In this document: in pieces, positions 22,375 to 32,109 of the stretch
Layout of the letters: every line of letters starts with the position of its first letter
Position numbering within the stretch: position 1 is the stretch's first letter
From: Chiloscyllium plagiosum
Lineage: Eukaryota
NCBI RefSeq assembly: GCF_004010195.1
Contig: NC_057719.1
Span: forward strand, 9,933,606 to 9,965,714
Direction of reading: 5' to 3'
Length of the DNA stretch: 32,109 nt
The notes under the pieces: generated by a model
Told to the model about the DNA's origin: nothing
What the model saw: only the letters and a program-made list of their open reading frames with translations
Database searches by the model: none
Translations under genes and position numbers: made by a program

Positions 22375-22985
22375 ATACAGTCGTAGAGTCATAAAACATG
22401 GAAACAGATCCTTCAGTCCAACTTGGCTAGACCAACCAGGTATCCCAAATTAAACTAGTCCCATTTGACTGCATTTGGCCCATCTCCCTCAAAGCTTTTT
22501 CCATTTTGCGTACCTGTCCAAACATTTTTTAAATGTTGTAATTGTACCCACCTCCACCACCTCAGTCCAACTCATTCATGTTGACCAGATATCCAAACTA
22601 AATCTAGTCCCATTTGCCAGCACTTGGCCCGTATTCCTCTAAACCCTTTCTCTTCTTATACCCATCTGGATGCCTGTTAAATGTTGTAATTATACCAGCC
22701 TCCACCACTTCCTCTGGCAGATCGTTACATGCATCATCCTCTGCATGAAAACATTGCTTCTCAGGTTCCTTTTAAATCTTTCCCCCTCACCTTAAGCTTA
22801 TGCCTTCTGGGTTATAACTCACCTACCCAAGAGAAAAGACCTTTGCTATTCACCCTATCAATGCCCCTCATGATTTTATAAATCTCTATAAGGTCGCCTT
22901 TCAACCTCCGACACTCCAAAGTGTCCCACCCTATCCAGCTTCCCCTTATAAAGCAAGCCCTCCTGTTCCGGTAATGTCGTTGTAA
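22375..22985 (-). mobile_element. Two stacked CR1/HER1 3' fragments
   Basis: The tail region occurs twice (22375-22560 and 22560-22985); minus ORF LECRRLKGDLIEIYKIMRGIDRVN. Confidence 0.85.
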
Positions 22986-23152
22986 ATTTAATAACATCAT
23001 GGCTGTTCTAGTCAGTCCACAATCCCACCTACCCTGATAAGCTTTCACCTCCTTCTTTATTGAGTTCATTGTTCTCCATTTGTGCTAGAAACAGGGGGCA
23101 TAAGACATACTCATTGAAATAATAGGCATTCCCTTAGAACATCATGCAACTC

Positions 23153-23665
23153 TGGATGTTGTGAAATTTGAAAGGGTTCAGAAAAGATTTACAAGGATGT
23201 TGCCAGGGTTGGAGGATTTGAGCTACAGGGAGAGGCTGAACAGGCTGGCGCTGTTTTCCCTGGAGCGTTGGAGGCTGAGGGGTGACCTTATAAAGGTTTA
23301 CAAAATTATGAAGGGCATGGATAGGATAAATAGGCAAAATCTTTTCCCTGGGGTCGTGGAGTCCAGAACTAGAGGGCATAGGTTTAGGGTGAGAGGGAAA
23401 AGATATAAAAGAGACCTAAGGGGCAACGTTTTCACACAGAGGGTGGTACGTGTATGGAATGAGCTGCCAGACGAAGTGGTGGAGGCTGGAACAATTGCAA
23501 CATTTAAGAGGCATTTGAATGGGTATATGAATAGGAAGGCTTTGGAGGGATATGGGTCGGGTGCTGGCAGGTGGGACTAGATTGGGTTGGGATATCTGGT
23601 CAGCATGGATGGGTTGGACCAAAGGGTCTGTTTCCATGCTGTACATCTCTATGACTCTATGACTG
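23153..23665 (+). mobile_element. Young CR1/HER1 3' fragment
   Basis: Uninterrupted ORF 23161-23580 ERVQKRFTRMLPGL...GAGRWD*; canonical tail. Confidence 0.95.
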
Positions 23666-23738
23666 TGTGTGGGGGGTGAGAGGGTGGAGGTGAGGGACCT
23701 GGGTGAGGGGGAGGATTTGGGTGATTGCAGGAGTGCAA

Positions 23739-24065
23739 GTGGCATGGTGGCTCAGTGGTTAGCACTGCTGCCTCACAGCACCAGGAGCTGGATTCGATTC
23801 CAGCCTCGGGTGACTGTCTGTGTGGAGTTTGCACATTCTCCCCGTGTCTGCGTGGGTTTGCTCTGGATGCTCCGGTTGTCTCCCAATGATGTGCAGGTTA
23901 GATGGATTGACCATGTTAAATTGCCCACAGTGTCCAGGGATGTGCAGGCTAGTTGGATTAGCCATGGGATATACAACGTTATAGGATCGATCTCGGTGGG
24001 ATGCTCTTCGAAGGGTCAGTGTGGACTCAATGGGCCAAATCGCCTGCTTCCACACTGTAGGAAAT
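23739..24065 (+). mobile_element. HE1-type tRNA-derived SINE
   Basis: A box ggtggctcagtggttagca; B-box-like gattcgattcc; body tgtgtggagtttgcacattctccccgtgtctgcgtgggttt; LINE-derived tail. Confidence 0.9.
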
Positions 24066-24749
24066 CGAGGAGATGAGTAATTGTAGGGAATGGTTGGAGG
24101 GAATGGATGGTGGGGAGTGATTGTTGGAGCAAGGTAATAGATCAGGGAATTGATCAGAGAGATTGAGGGGTGTGCAGAAGGAGGCAGGAGGTTGGGGGGA
24201 GGAAAGGGCGTGAGGTAATTGGGAGGCAGCACTCCAGCTCCTCCTGTCGTCATGTTCAGATATTTTATTTTAAACATCAGATATCACATCGAGTGTCCAC
24301 GTCAGAGAGTGCACACAGAATGCCTTTTGGTATTCTCCTGTTTGGATGAAAGCTCGCATTCAAATGCTAATAAATACTTTCCTCTTCAGATGCCGACAGA
24401 TTAGCGACACATTTTCCTTCAACTATGCTTGAATGAAATTATTTTATTAGTGATCTCACCTTTGTTCACTGAAGGTATTTTTTTAAACAAATAATAATAG
24501 GCAGAAAAGAAAAGGCAAGCAATCTGTGCTAAATACCACCGAAATGCCAAGGAGCGATTCATAATACAGCATGAAAGTAAACAGATAAATGTAACTTGAA
24601 GAAGCCGTAATTATAACGTAAAAGAAAATTATCCATGCAGCATCACTGAAGGTGGGCATTTCAAAAAGAAAGCAGCAACGGTTATTTTCCATTTATTTAG
24701 CTGGCTTCCCATCCCTATTAGCTATTCAAAAAATGAAATAGTTGTTTTT

Positions 24750-25182
24750 AATGGGATGCATGCATTGCTAGCTGGGCCAGTATTTATTATTTCTCAAGGG
24801 TCTCTAGTTGCCCTTGAGCTGCTTCAGTCCATGTGCTGTAGGTAGACCCACAAAGCCATTAGGGAATTTGACAGTGAATTAGCGACAGTGAAGAAATAGG
24901 GACATATTTTCCAGGGCAGGATGGTGAGTGGCTTGGAGGGCAAATTGGAGGTAGTGGTGTTCTCATGTATCTGGTGCCTTTGTCCTTCCAGATGAAGTGG
25001 TTGTGGGTTTGGTAGAAGCTGCTTCTGTAGCCTCACAAACGTCTGCATCCTGTAGATGGTACACATTGCTGCTACTGGGTGTTGGTGATGGACAGTGAAA
25101 GTTTGTGGATGTGGTGCCAATCAAGCAGGCTGCTTTGAATGGTGTCAAGCTTCTTGAGTGTTGTTGGAGCTATATCCATCCA
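24750..25182 (-). mobile_element. Second LINE family, longer 3' fragment
   Basis: Reverse strand reads IAPTTLKKLDTIQ...HHQHPVAAMCTIYRMQ; shared tail at ~24755. Confidence 0.8.
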
Positions 25183-25199
25183 TGTCCAAAGAATAATTT

Positions 25200-25325
25200 C
25201 ACACAAAGAAAGAGCTGTTTGGTTTGCACTTATATGCAACCTGTCATGAATCAGGACTTTACAAAGCACTTTACAGCCAATGGAGCACTCTACAGCCAAT
25301 GGAGCACTTTGGAAGTGTTGCCCAG
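25200..25325 (-). mobile_element. Probable L2-tailed (Deu-type) SINE 3' end with a 20-bp internal duplication
   Basis: Reverse strand resembles the tgtaaagcgctttg...tatataaatgcaa L2/DeuSINE tail; tacagccaatggagcact occurs twice. Confidence 0.45.
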
Positions 25326-26564
25326 CGCCCACCCTCCAACACTGTCATGTGTGAAGTTGGAAATGACGAGAGCATTTGGACATTGCGATATTGGTAAGTG
25401 ACAAGTCTTGGTCAGAGAAACCCCTCCCTCTCAAACCCCTTGCTCCACGACCCCATCTCCTCTCCAATCCAAGCTCTCCTTCCCAACAATGTCATGGGAA
25501 TCATTTATATACATCTGATATAGAGCTTTGGCTTAAAATGTTGTCATGGGAACATATATGCATAAGTCCCCGGAGGGGAATAATGGGGAGGTGTCCCCTC
25601 AAATGTTAGATTTGGTGGAAACAGTGTCATCCACTGAACACACACACAGCCAGTCCGATGATGACCTGGTCTGGCAGAGGTAGGCAATAAAAGGCAAAAA
25701 GAGGTTTTTAAAGAATTTTAAAGAGGAAAGTCGAGAAAAGGGGGAATTTTGGTTCGGCTTTGAATGTTCATTTTGAGAACATTTACATTCAGTTCTGTGA
25801 GTTAAGCTCAGACTGATTAAGTATTTAGGATGACACTAGTTCTCTTATTAATACATACAAGGAAATCCATAAATGAAGCCAATTTCAGCTGAAATGTGGG
25901 ACACAGGTTGTATCTGCAAATTCGGCAAGCCTTGGAACTGGGCCTTTGCTGGACATGAGGATATTATGACAGAGCCACAAGGGAGAGCATGGAAATACTG
26001 AGGGTGTCAGAATACAGAGGTTGCTGGAACAGAGACTGCTCGAATCGGGTGATACAAACTTGCAGTGACAGTCCCTCAGTAGAAACATTAAATGCTACCA
26101 TTACACAGTGCCCATCTTACTGCTAATTAAACACTGATCAGAAGCTCCTTTCTCCTGACCTGTTCCTTTAGTAATGTGCAAAATATGTGATGAAACTATG
26201 GCTTTAAGGGGTGTATTTTGTCTTGTTTTACCTTTTATGAACAGAGGTTGAGTCAGAGGTACCAAGCGGCCTGTTCCAAGCCAATAAACAGCTTGTGATG
26301 CCTTGGTTATTTTTAAACGTTGAAACAATACAAGCAGCCTGAATGGGTGTGATCAGACTCCCACAGAACCAGGGTTTTAGTTTAGCTTTCAGTAGTTGTT
26401 GGGTATTTGAAGCTGTCATACATCACTCCAACTACAGCAAAGCACTTGAGTTCTCTCTGTCTGCCAGAATTTCCTCTTGATGTTCTTTCATCCTGGACTG
26501 GAGAAACATTGCATGTCAATCTATTTTACTGCATTTGCCTTTGCCAAAGGTATGTTTATAGGAA

Positions 26565-26712
26565 ATGAAATAACTGCAGAGTGCAGGAAATCAGAAACAA
26601 AAATAGAGTTCTGAGGAAGAGTTACTGGACCCAAAACATTAACTCAGATATCTCTCCACAGATGCTGCCAGACCTGCTGAGCTTTTCCAGCAACTTCTGT
26701 TTCTGTTTGTGT
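26565..26712 (+). mobile_element. Penelope-derived short element with a degenerate hammerhead motif
   Basis: aactgcagagtgcagg head; ctgaggaagagttactggacccaaaac; gatgctgccagacctgctgagcttttccagca. Confidence 0.65.
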
Positions 26713-26719
26713 TTTTTTA

Positions 26720-27002
26720 TGGGATGTTATTGTATTGGAACAGTTTGCTGTTTAGTAATTAAATAATCTGTTATTCTGTTAAGTTTTCCAACAGAGTTTA
26801 AGTTAAACCAATTCCTCTTTCCTTTGTTTGTATTTTAACTGTAGAGTAAGAATAAAGTGCATTTTGCTTAAAGTTGCATAGTGTAAACAATTGAATTAAA
26901 ACTGAAACACAGCATCTTATGCTTTCCTTTAAATGGGAAAAAAGTTAAGGTCTAGGCTATCTCCCTGATATATTCAATGGGATTTTGGTCTGGTCCATAA
27001 CA
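26720..27002 (+). mobile_element. Possible LTR 3' part
   Basis: Contains GAATAAAG and ends ...GGTCCATAACA. Confidence 0.35.
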
Positions 27003-27929
27003 AATATAATCATGGTGTAATATCAATACCTACCATCCTCCTGCTCGATTCAATGCCCACTCCCACCAAACTCAGTTGGTGGGAGAAGAGATTAAATTCC
27101 ATCCATTATTTCAGCTTTTGGATTAGGATGGACTGACTGACAGCTAATTTTCAATTCATCTCCCTTCGTCACTGGGCTGACCAGAATTAACTGGAGAGCA
27201 AACTAAAAATATCCCTCATGGTGTCAACCATGACAATGTCAATGAAAAAGTAGGGGGAGGAGACAGCTGTCGAGATAAAGTGGGTAATAGGTTGCCAGTC
27301 ACTGGGAAAGAAAAGGCAATAAATAGTGAATCGTATTTGTTTTAAAAGAAAACTATTAAATTCTTTCATTAGTTAAACGAGATCTCACAAGTGTATATCT
27401 GTTAACCCACCGTGCAGTAAAAATGTTTAATGTGTTGCTTCTTAAGGAAAACGAGATAAACTAACACTTTAATAAATTAAATCAGCACTGATTTTATTAC
27501 AAATTTTAATGTTCCCTGGGAATAAACTTCTCCTATTGCATGATCATAAAACCGTCTAGCCTGGCCATGATATTTATCTAAACGTTTGTTTTCCAATTTT
27601 AAGTTGGGATTATTCATTGCATCTTAGATGTTCATATGTGATTAAATAAAGTCCCTAAACTGCAACATATCAAGTTGTAAATTCTACTAAGCACATGCTG
27701 TAGGCTGGTTATATTTTAGTGAATTCCATTCATAGCAAATTCAGCATGGTTGCATTTTACAGCACAGAACTGTCCATTCAGCCCATTGTGCCTACACCTA
27801 CTCCCTCGGGTAAGACATGTTTGGACAAAGGGCCTGTATAACCAAGCCAATTGTCTTCTTGCTCTATAGATGCTGCCTGACCGTTGAGTGTTTTCAGCAT
27901 GGCTACTTATGTTTCAGTTCTTTTAAGGA

Positions 27930-28586
27930 ATAGGATAGTGAAGAAGACATTTGGTATGCTTTGCTTCATTGGTCAGAGTATTGAGTACAGGAATTGAGAG
28001 GTCATGTTGCGGCTGTACAGGACATTGGTTCGGCCACTGTTGGAATATTGCATGCAATTCTGGTCTCCTTCCTATCGGAAAGATGTTGTGAAACTTGAAA
28101 GGATTCAGAATAGATTTACAAGGATGTTGCCAGGGTTGGAGGATTTGACCTATAAGGAGAGGCTGAACAGGCTGGGAATGTTTTCCCTGGAGCGTCGGAG
28201 GCTGAGGGGTGACCCTATAGAGATTTACAAAATTATGTGGGGCATGGATAGGATAAATAGACAAAGTCTTTTCCCTGGGGTCGGGGAGTCCAGAACTAGA
28301 GGACATAGGTTTAGGGTAAGAGGGGAAAGATATAAAAGAGACCTAAGGGGCACCTTTTTCACGCAGAGGGTGGTACGTGTATGGATTGAGCTGCCAGAGG
28401 AAGTGGTGGAGGCTGGTAAAATTGCAACATTTAAGACGCATTTGGATGGGTATATGAATAGGAAGGGTTTGGAGGGATATGGGCCGGGTGCTGGCAGGTG
28501 GGACTAGATTGCTTTGGGATATCTGGTCGGCATGGACGAGCTGGACCGAAGGGTCTGTTTCCATGCTGTACATCTCTATGACTCTA
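27930..28586 (+). mobile_element. Young CR1/HER1 LINE, 5'-truncated
   Basis: Intact 167-aa ORF2 C-terminus (28004-28507); highly similar to 23153-23665. Confidence 0.95.
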
Positions 28587-28667
28587 AGCAAAGAGCTCCT
28601 CACGTCTGAAAGAAGATTCTGATCAGGATTCCATCAGAAAAGTGTAGCCATTACTCCATTCTCCATT

Positions 28668-29190
28668 ACGGTTGGCAGGGTGGCTCAGTGGTTAGCATTG
28701 CTGCCTCACAGCACCAGGGACCCCGGTCCGATTCCAGTCTTAGGTGACAGTCTGTGTGGTTTGTACATTTTCCCCACGCCTGTGTGGGTTTCCTCTGGCT
28801 ATTCGGATTTTGTCCCACACTCCAAACGATTAGATTAGATTAGATTTCTTACAGTGTGGAAACAGGCCCTTCGGCCCAACAAGTCCACACCACCCCGCCG
28901 AAGCGCAACCCATCCATACCCCTACATTTACCCCTTACCTAACACTACGGGCAATTTAGCATGGCCAATTCACCTGACCTGCACATCTTTGGACTGTGGG
29001 AGNNNNNNCCCGGGTCTCTGGCGCTGTGAGGCAGCAGTGCTAACCACTGTGCCACCGTGCCGCCCACATTGTGCAGGTCAGGTGAATTTGGAATAGAATA
29101 GGGAAATGAGTCTGGGTGGGATACTTTTCAGTGGGTCAGTGTGGATCTGTTGGGGCAAATGGCCTGTTTCCACACTGTATGGATTCTATG
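28668..29190 (+). mobile_element. HE1-type SINE interrupted by an inverted HE1-type SINE (28828-29065, -)
   Basis: Host head ggtggctcagtggttagcattgctgcctcacagc; insert runs from an (ATTAG)n tail to gcagcagtgctaaccactgtgccaccgtgccgccc; host resumes at tgtgcaggtcaggtgaatt. Confidence 0.85.
29003..29008. other. Assembly gap (6 N)
   Basis: nnnnnn inside the inverted SINE. Confidence 1.
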
Positions 29191-29511
29191 TTTCTCACAG
29201 ATCCCTTGTAATGCAGAACCATTGGATCAAGGCAAACCCCATTCCCTTTCTCACTGCAGCCAGCTGCTACATATTGTGATTTAAAGGTGTGTGAGGCTAG
29301 GGTGTGGCATGGTAGGGTGCCAAGTAGGTAAATTGCCAGGTGGGCAAGGGTCGGATGCCAAATAAGTAGGATACCAGGATACTGGGGTGCTGGCCGTGTA
29401 GGGTGTTAGGTAAGTAAAGTAGCAGTATCTACAACACTCAAATTTGTCATCATTCATTATAGAATGGGATGAGCACATGGTCAATTCTTTGACAATTCAC
29501 TATATCGCCAA

Positions 29512-29612
29512 ATAGAGTCATAGAGATGTATAGCATGGAAATAGACCCTTCAGTCCAACTTGTTCATGCCGACCAGATATCCCAACCCAATCTAGTCCCA
29601 CCTGCCAGTACC
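29512..29612 (-). mobile_element. CR1/HER1 tail fragment
   Basis: tagagtcatagagatgtatagcatggaaatagacccttc. Confidence 0.85.
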
Positions 29613-29804
29613 CCCACAGGGGTGAAAAACTGAGCTACCGAGTGCACCGACATGCAACGTGATTGACATTAGAAGGTTTGCCAGATGAACAGAACTGTTA
29701 CATTTTACTTTCTAGCTCTCCACCGCCATTGCACACTGAATAATTTCACATCATGAATGTGATTAAGAAAGACAGCGGAGGCAGATTATTAACTTTTCTA
29801 ATTA

Positions 29805-30630
29805 TCAAGGGTTGAAATACTAGAGGAACAGGCAAATCAACAACCATAACTATAGGAGTAGGAAGAGAATTTTCATCTGGTTTTCAAAGAGGTTTTTCAT
29901 CCAAATGGCAATAAACCTTTTTAATGAATTGCCAGGGCAGCTGATTAAGTCAGACATGATAAACCAGTTGAAGTGGCTTGTGGCCATGGGACATTTGATG
30001 ATCAAGCAAGTTAGGCAGCTGTGAAGATGTAGCACTTAATTCTTTCTTTTTGAACAGCTTTTATGTTCTATTTGTCTCTTGATACCAATTTTCTTTTTGT
30101 GCACTCATTGGACACGGTGTCACTAGCTAGCCAGCGTTTATTGCTCATCCCTGGTTGCCCTTTAAGAAGGTGGTGGCATGTCATTTATTACAAGGAGAAA
30201 GGAATATTAAAGGAAGGTAGTTGCTCAGGGTACTGCTAAGACCACAGCAATGGTATTGTGTGCAGTTATGGGTTTCATTCATTAAGAAAGCATATGAATG
30301 CATTCAAGGCAGTTTTGGATTAGATGAGATTAGATTCCCTACAGTGTGGAAACAGGCACTTCGACCCAACAAGTTCACACCGACCCTCCGAAGAGTAACC
30401 CACCCAGATCCTCTGACTAATGCACCTAACACTATGGGCTATTTAGCACAGATAATTCACCTGACCTGCACATCTTTGGACTTTTTGTAGAAAGCAATTT
30501 GCTTGACTCTTGAGATAACTTGGTTACTTTATGAGGGATGGTTGAAAGGTTGGGCAGATATCAATTGCAGTTTAGAAGAATGAGAGGTGATCTCACAGAG
30601 ACATGTAACATCCTGAGGGGACTTGATAAC
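29805..30630 (+). mobile_element. Degenerate CR1 fragments with a LINE tail (-, 30105-30180) and an HE1 SINE 3' part (-, 30318-30482)
   Basis: LLRPQQWYCVQLW and tttagaagaatgagaggtgatctcacagagac; SINE tail ttagattccctacagtgtggaaacaggc. Confidence 0.7.
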
Positions 30631-31629
30631 TTAGGTACTTCGAGTGTCATGAGTCATTTGGGAATATGCATTGATACTTGAGCCACAATATTTCCCAGGA
30701 TCAGTTAAAAGCTAAAGGTTTAACCAAATTGCTCAATGTCAGCAATTTTCCTGCCTGATGAATTCAGGTCAACAAGAAAACCTTGACCAGTTTCTGCACT
30801 TAACAAGATGTTACTTCTCATGACATAGATAATCAGTTCTAATCACAGGGAAACACAATTTCTCAACTTGTAACATTCTAACTTAAACTGTATCCTTTCT
30901 TAAATTCCTACAGAGGTTAAAAGAAAAGCACAAGACATTATGGATGAAGTTCAAACGATTAGGGAACACAGTTCAATAGTGCCAGTGTGTGTTAATCTCT
31001 GATCTTTGCTGTACCAAATCCCTTCAGTTCTTTATGAGAGACACAGTGAGGTTAGAACTTCAGTTGTTCAATGCCTCAGTTCCTGGTTAGAAGAACCAGA
31101 TTATGGGCAATTGGTAAGGGACAATAGATAGCTATCTTCCAATTCTTTGTTACTTGTGTAAGTAATGAGAGAGGGCATATTGTCTTTCTAGAATTTGGAA
31201 GTTTTCTGCTGCTGTATTGTTTACATACGGTTCTGTTTACTTGACCAGGAACCAATCAAAAAGGCATTGTCATGCTGAGTAGTACTGACGCACACAACTG
31301 GTCCTGATTGCCAACATCCCACCCAACCACGATCAAAAAGGCTGTCTTTGGGCATACCCATGGTGAAGACAGATTCAACAATCCTCCCCCCCACGATTTA
31401 AACTGGGCAACAGTGTAAACACAACTTAGAATGAGTTCCAAGAACTTGTTTTAAAAATGCAATATCTCCTTTCACAGTCTCCTTGGTTGAAAAAAGTTTC
31501 CATTTCCCATTTTAGTCCAAAATTCAAAAAGAAAGTAAAATTGAAACAAGGTTATCTCCTCTCATGGAAGACACCAGAACTGGGGAGGCACATTTCAAAA
31601 AACAATTCATCTCCATTTAAGAGAGAGAT

Positions 31630-32109
31630 GGTTTGACAATAGGAGACAGAGGGTGGTGATGGAGCCTGCAGGCTTCCGACCAGCAGCGTGCTGAAAGGAT
31701 TACTGCTGGGTCCACTGCTTTTTGTCACCGATATAAATGATTTGGATGTGAATATCAGAGGAACGGTTAATAAGTTTGCGGATGATACCAAATTTGGTGG
31801 CGTAGTGGACAGCGAAGGTTATCTCAGAGTACAACAGGACCTTGATCAGATGGGCCGAGAAGAGGCAGATGGAGTTTAATTTAGATAAAAGTGAGGCATA
31901 GCATTTCCATAAGACAAATTAGGACAGCACTTATACATTTATTAATAAGGTCCTGGGAGTGTTGCCGAACAAAAAGACAAAGGCAAGGACTGATTAGGGA
32001 TAGTCAACATGGCTTTGTGCGTGGGAAATCATGTCTCACAAACTTGATTGAGTTTTTTGAAGAAGTAACAAAGAGGATTGATGAGGGCAGAGCGGTAGAT
32101 GTGATCTAT
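31630..32109 (+). mobile_element. Two CR1 reverse transcriptase fragments (31630-31975 and 31981-end)
   Basis: LLGPLLFVTDINDLD...KFADDTKFGG (catalytic FADD), followed by the normally upstream segment QHGFVRGKSCLTNLIEFFEEVTKRIDEGRAVDVIY, which implies a second insertion. Confidence 0.9.

Noticed and set aside
23739..23815. tRNA gene (also near 28670 and 29010-29065)
   Set aside because: The A/B boxes continue into a SINE body and LINE-derived tail; no complete cloverleaf.
23665..24240. G-rich tracts flanking the SINE as G-quadruplexes, and the 172-aa Pro-rich ORF
   Set aside because: Low-complexity, irregular G runs. The ORF is a by-product of composition plus antisense SINE sequence.
27180..27325. 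Cryptic minus-strand exon after ttgccttttctttcccAG
   Set aside because: The acceptor is plausible, but there is no convincing donor and no recognisable peptide.
28004..28507. 167-aa ORF (and 23161-23580, 20-325, 31688-31879) as host genes
   Set aside because: These are fragments of CR1 ORF2 in truncated copies.
14129..32109. Canonical NRXN3 SS1 mini-exons (e.g. GLSHLMMSEQ)
   Set aside because: I found no match by eye. They probably lie beyond the window, though very short exons could be missed.

Overview
Eukaryotic genomic DNA from a cartilaginous fish. The HER1/CR1 LINEs and HE1-type SINEs indicate a shark; a bamboo/carpet shark is plausible but cannot be proven from the sequence. The whole window appears to lie inside an alpha-neurexin gene on the minus strand, best matching NRXN3. 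It contains the 302-nt exon opening laminin-G/LNS domain 2 (14128-13827), the alternatively spliced SS2 microexon with two in-frame donors (HSGIGHAM / +VNKLHCL, 12245-12222/12201) and the 162-nt LNS2 exon (10877-10716). These exons sit in a ~4-kb island with no recognisable transposons. The island carries a cluster of CUAAY (QKI/branch-point) motifs, five UGCAUG (Rbfox) sites and candidate unannotated stop-containing or frameshifting ('poison') exons. The rest is intronic and dense with CR1-clade LINE fragments, SINEs, solo LTRs and Penelope-like elements, several of which carry minimal hammerhead-ribozyme motifs or form short palindromic elements with target-site duplications. Almost all ORFs in the supplied track are transposon fragments or noise. 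Repeat boundaries were read by eye and are approximate.
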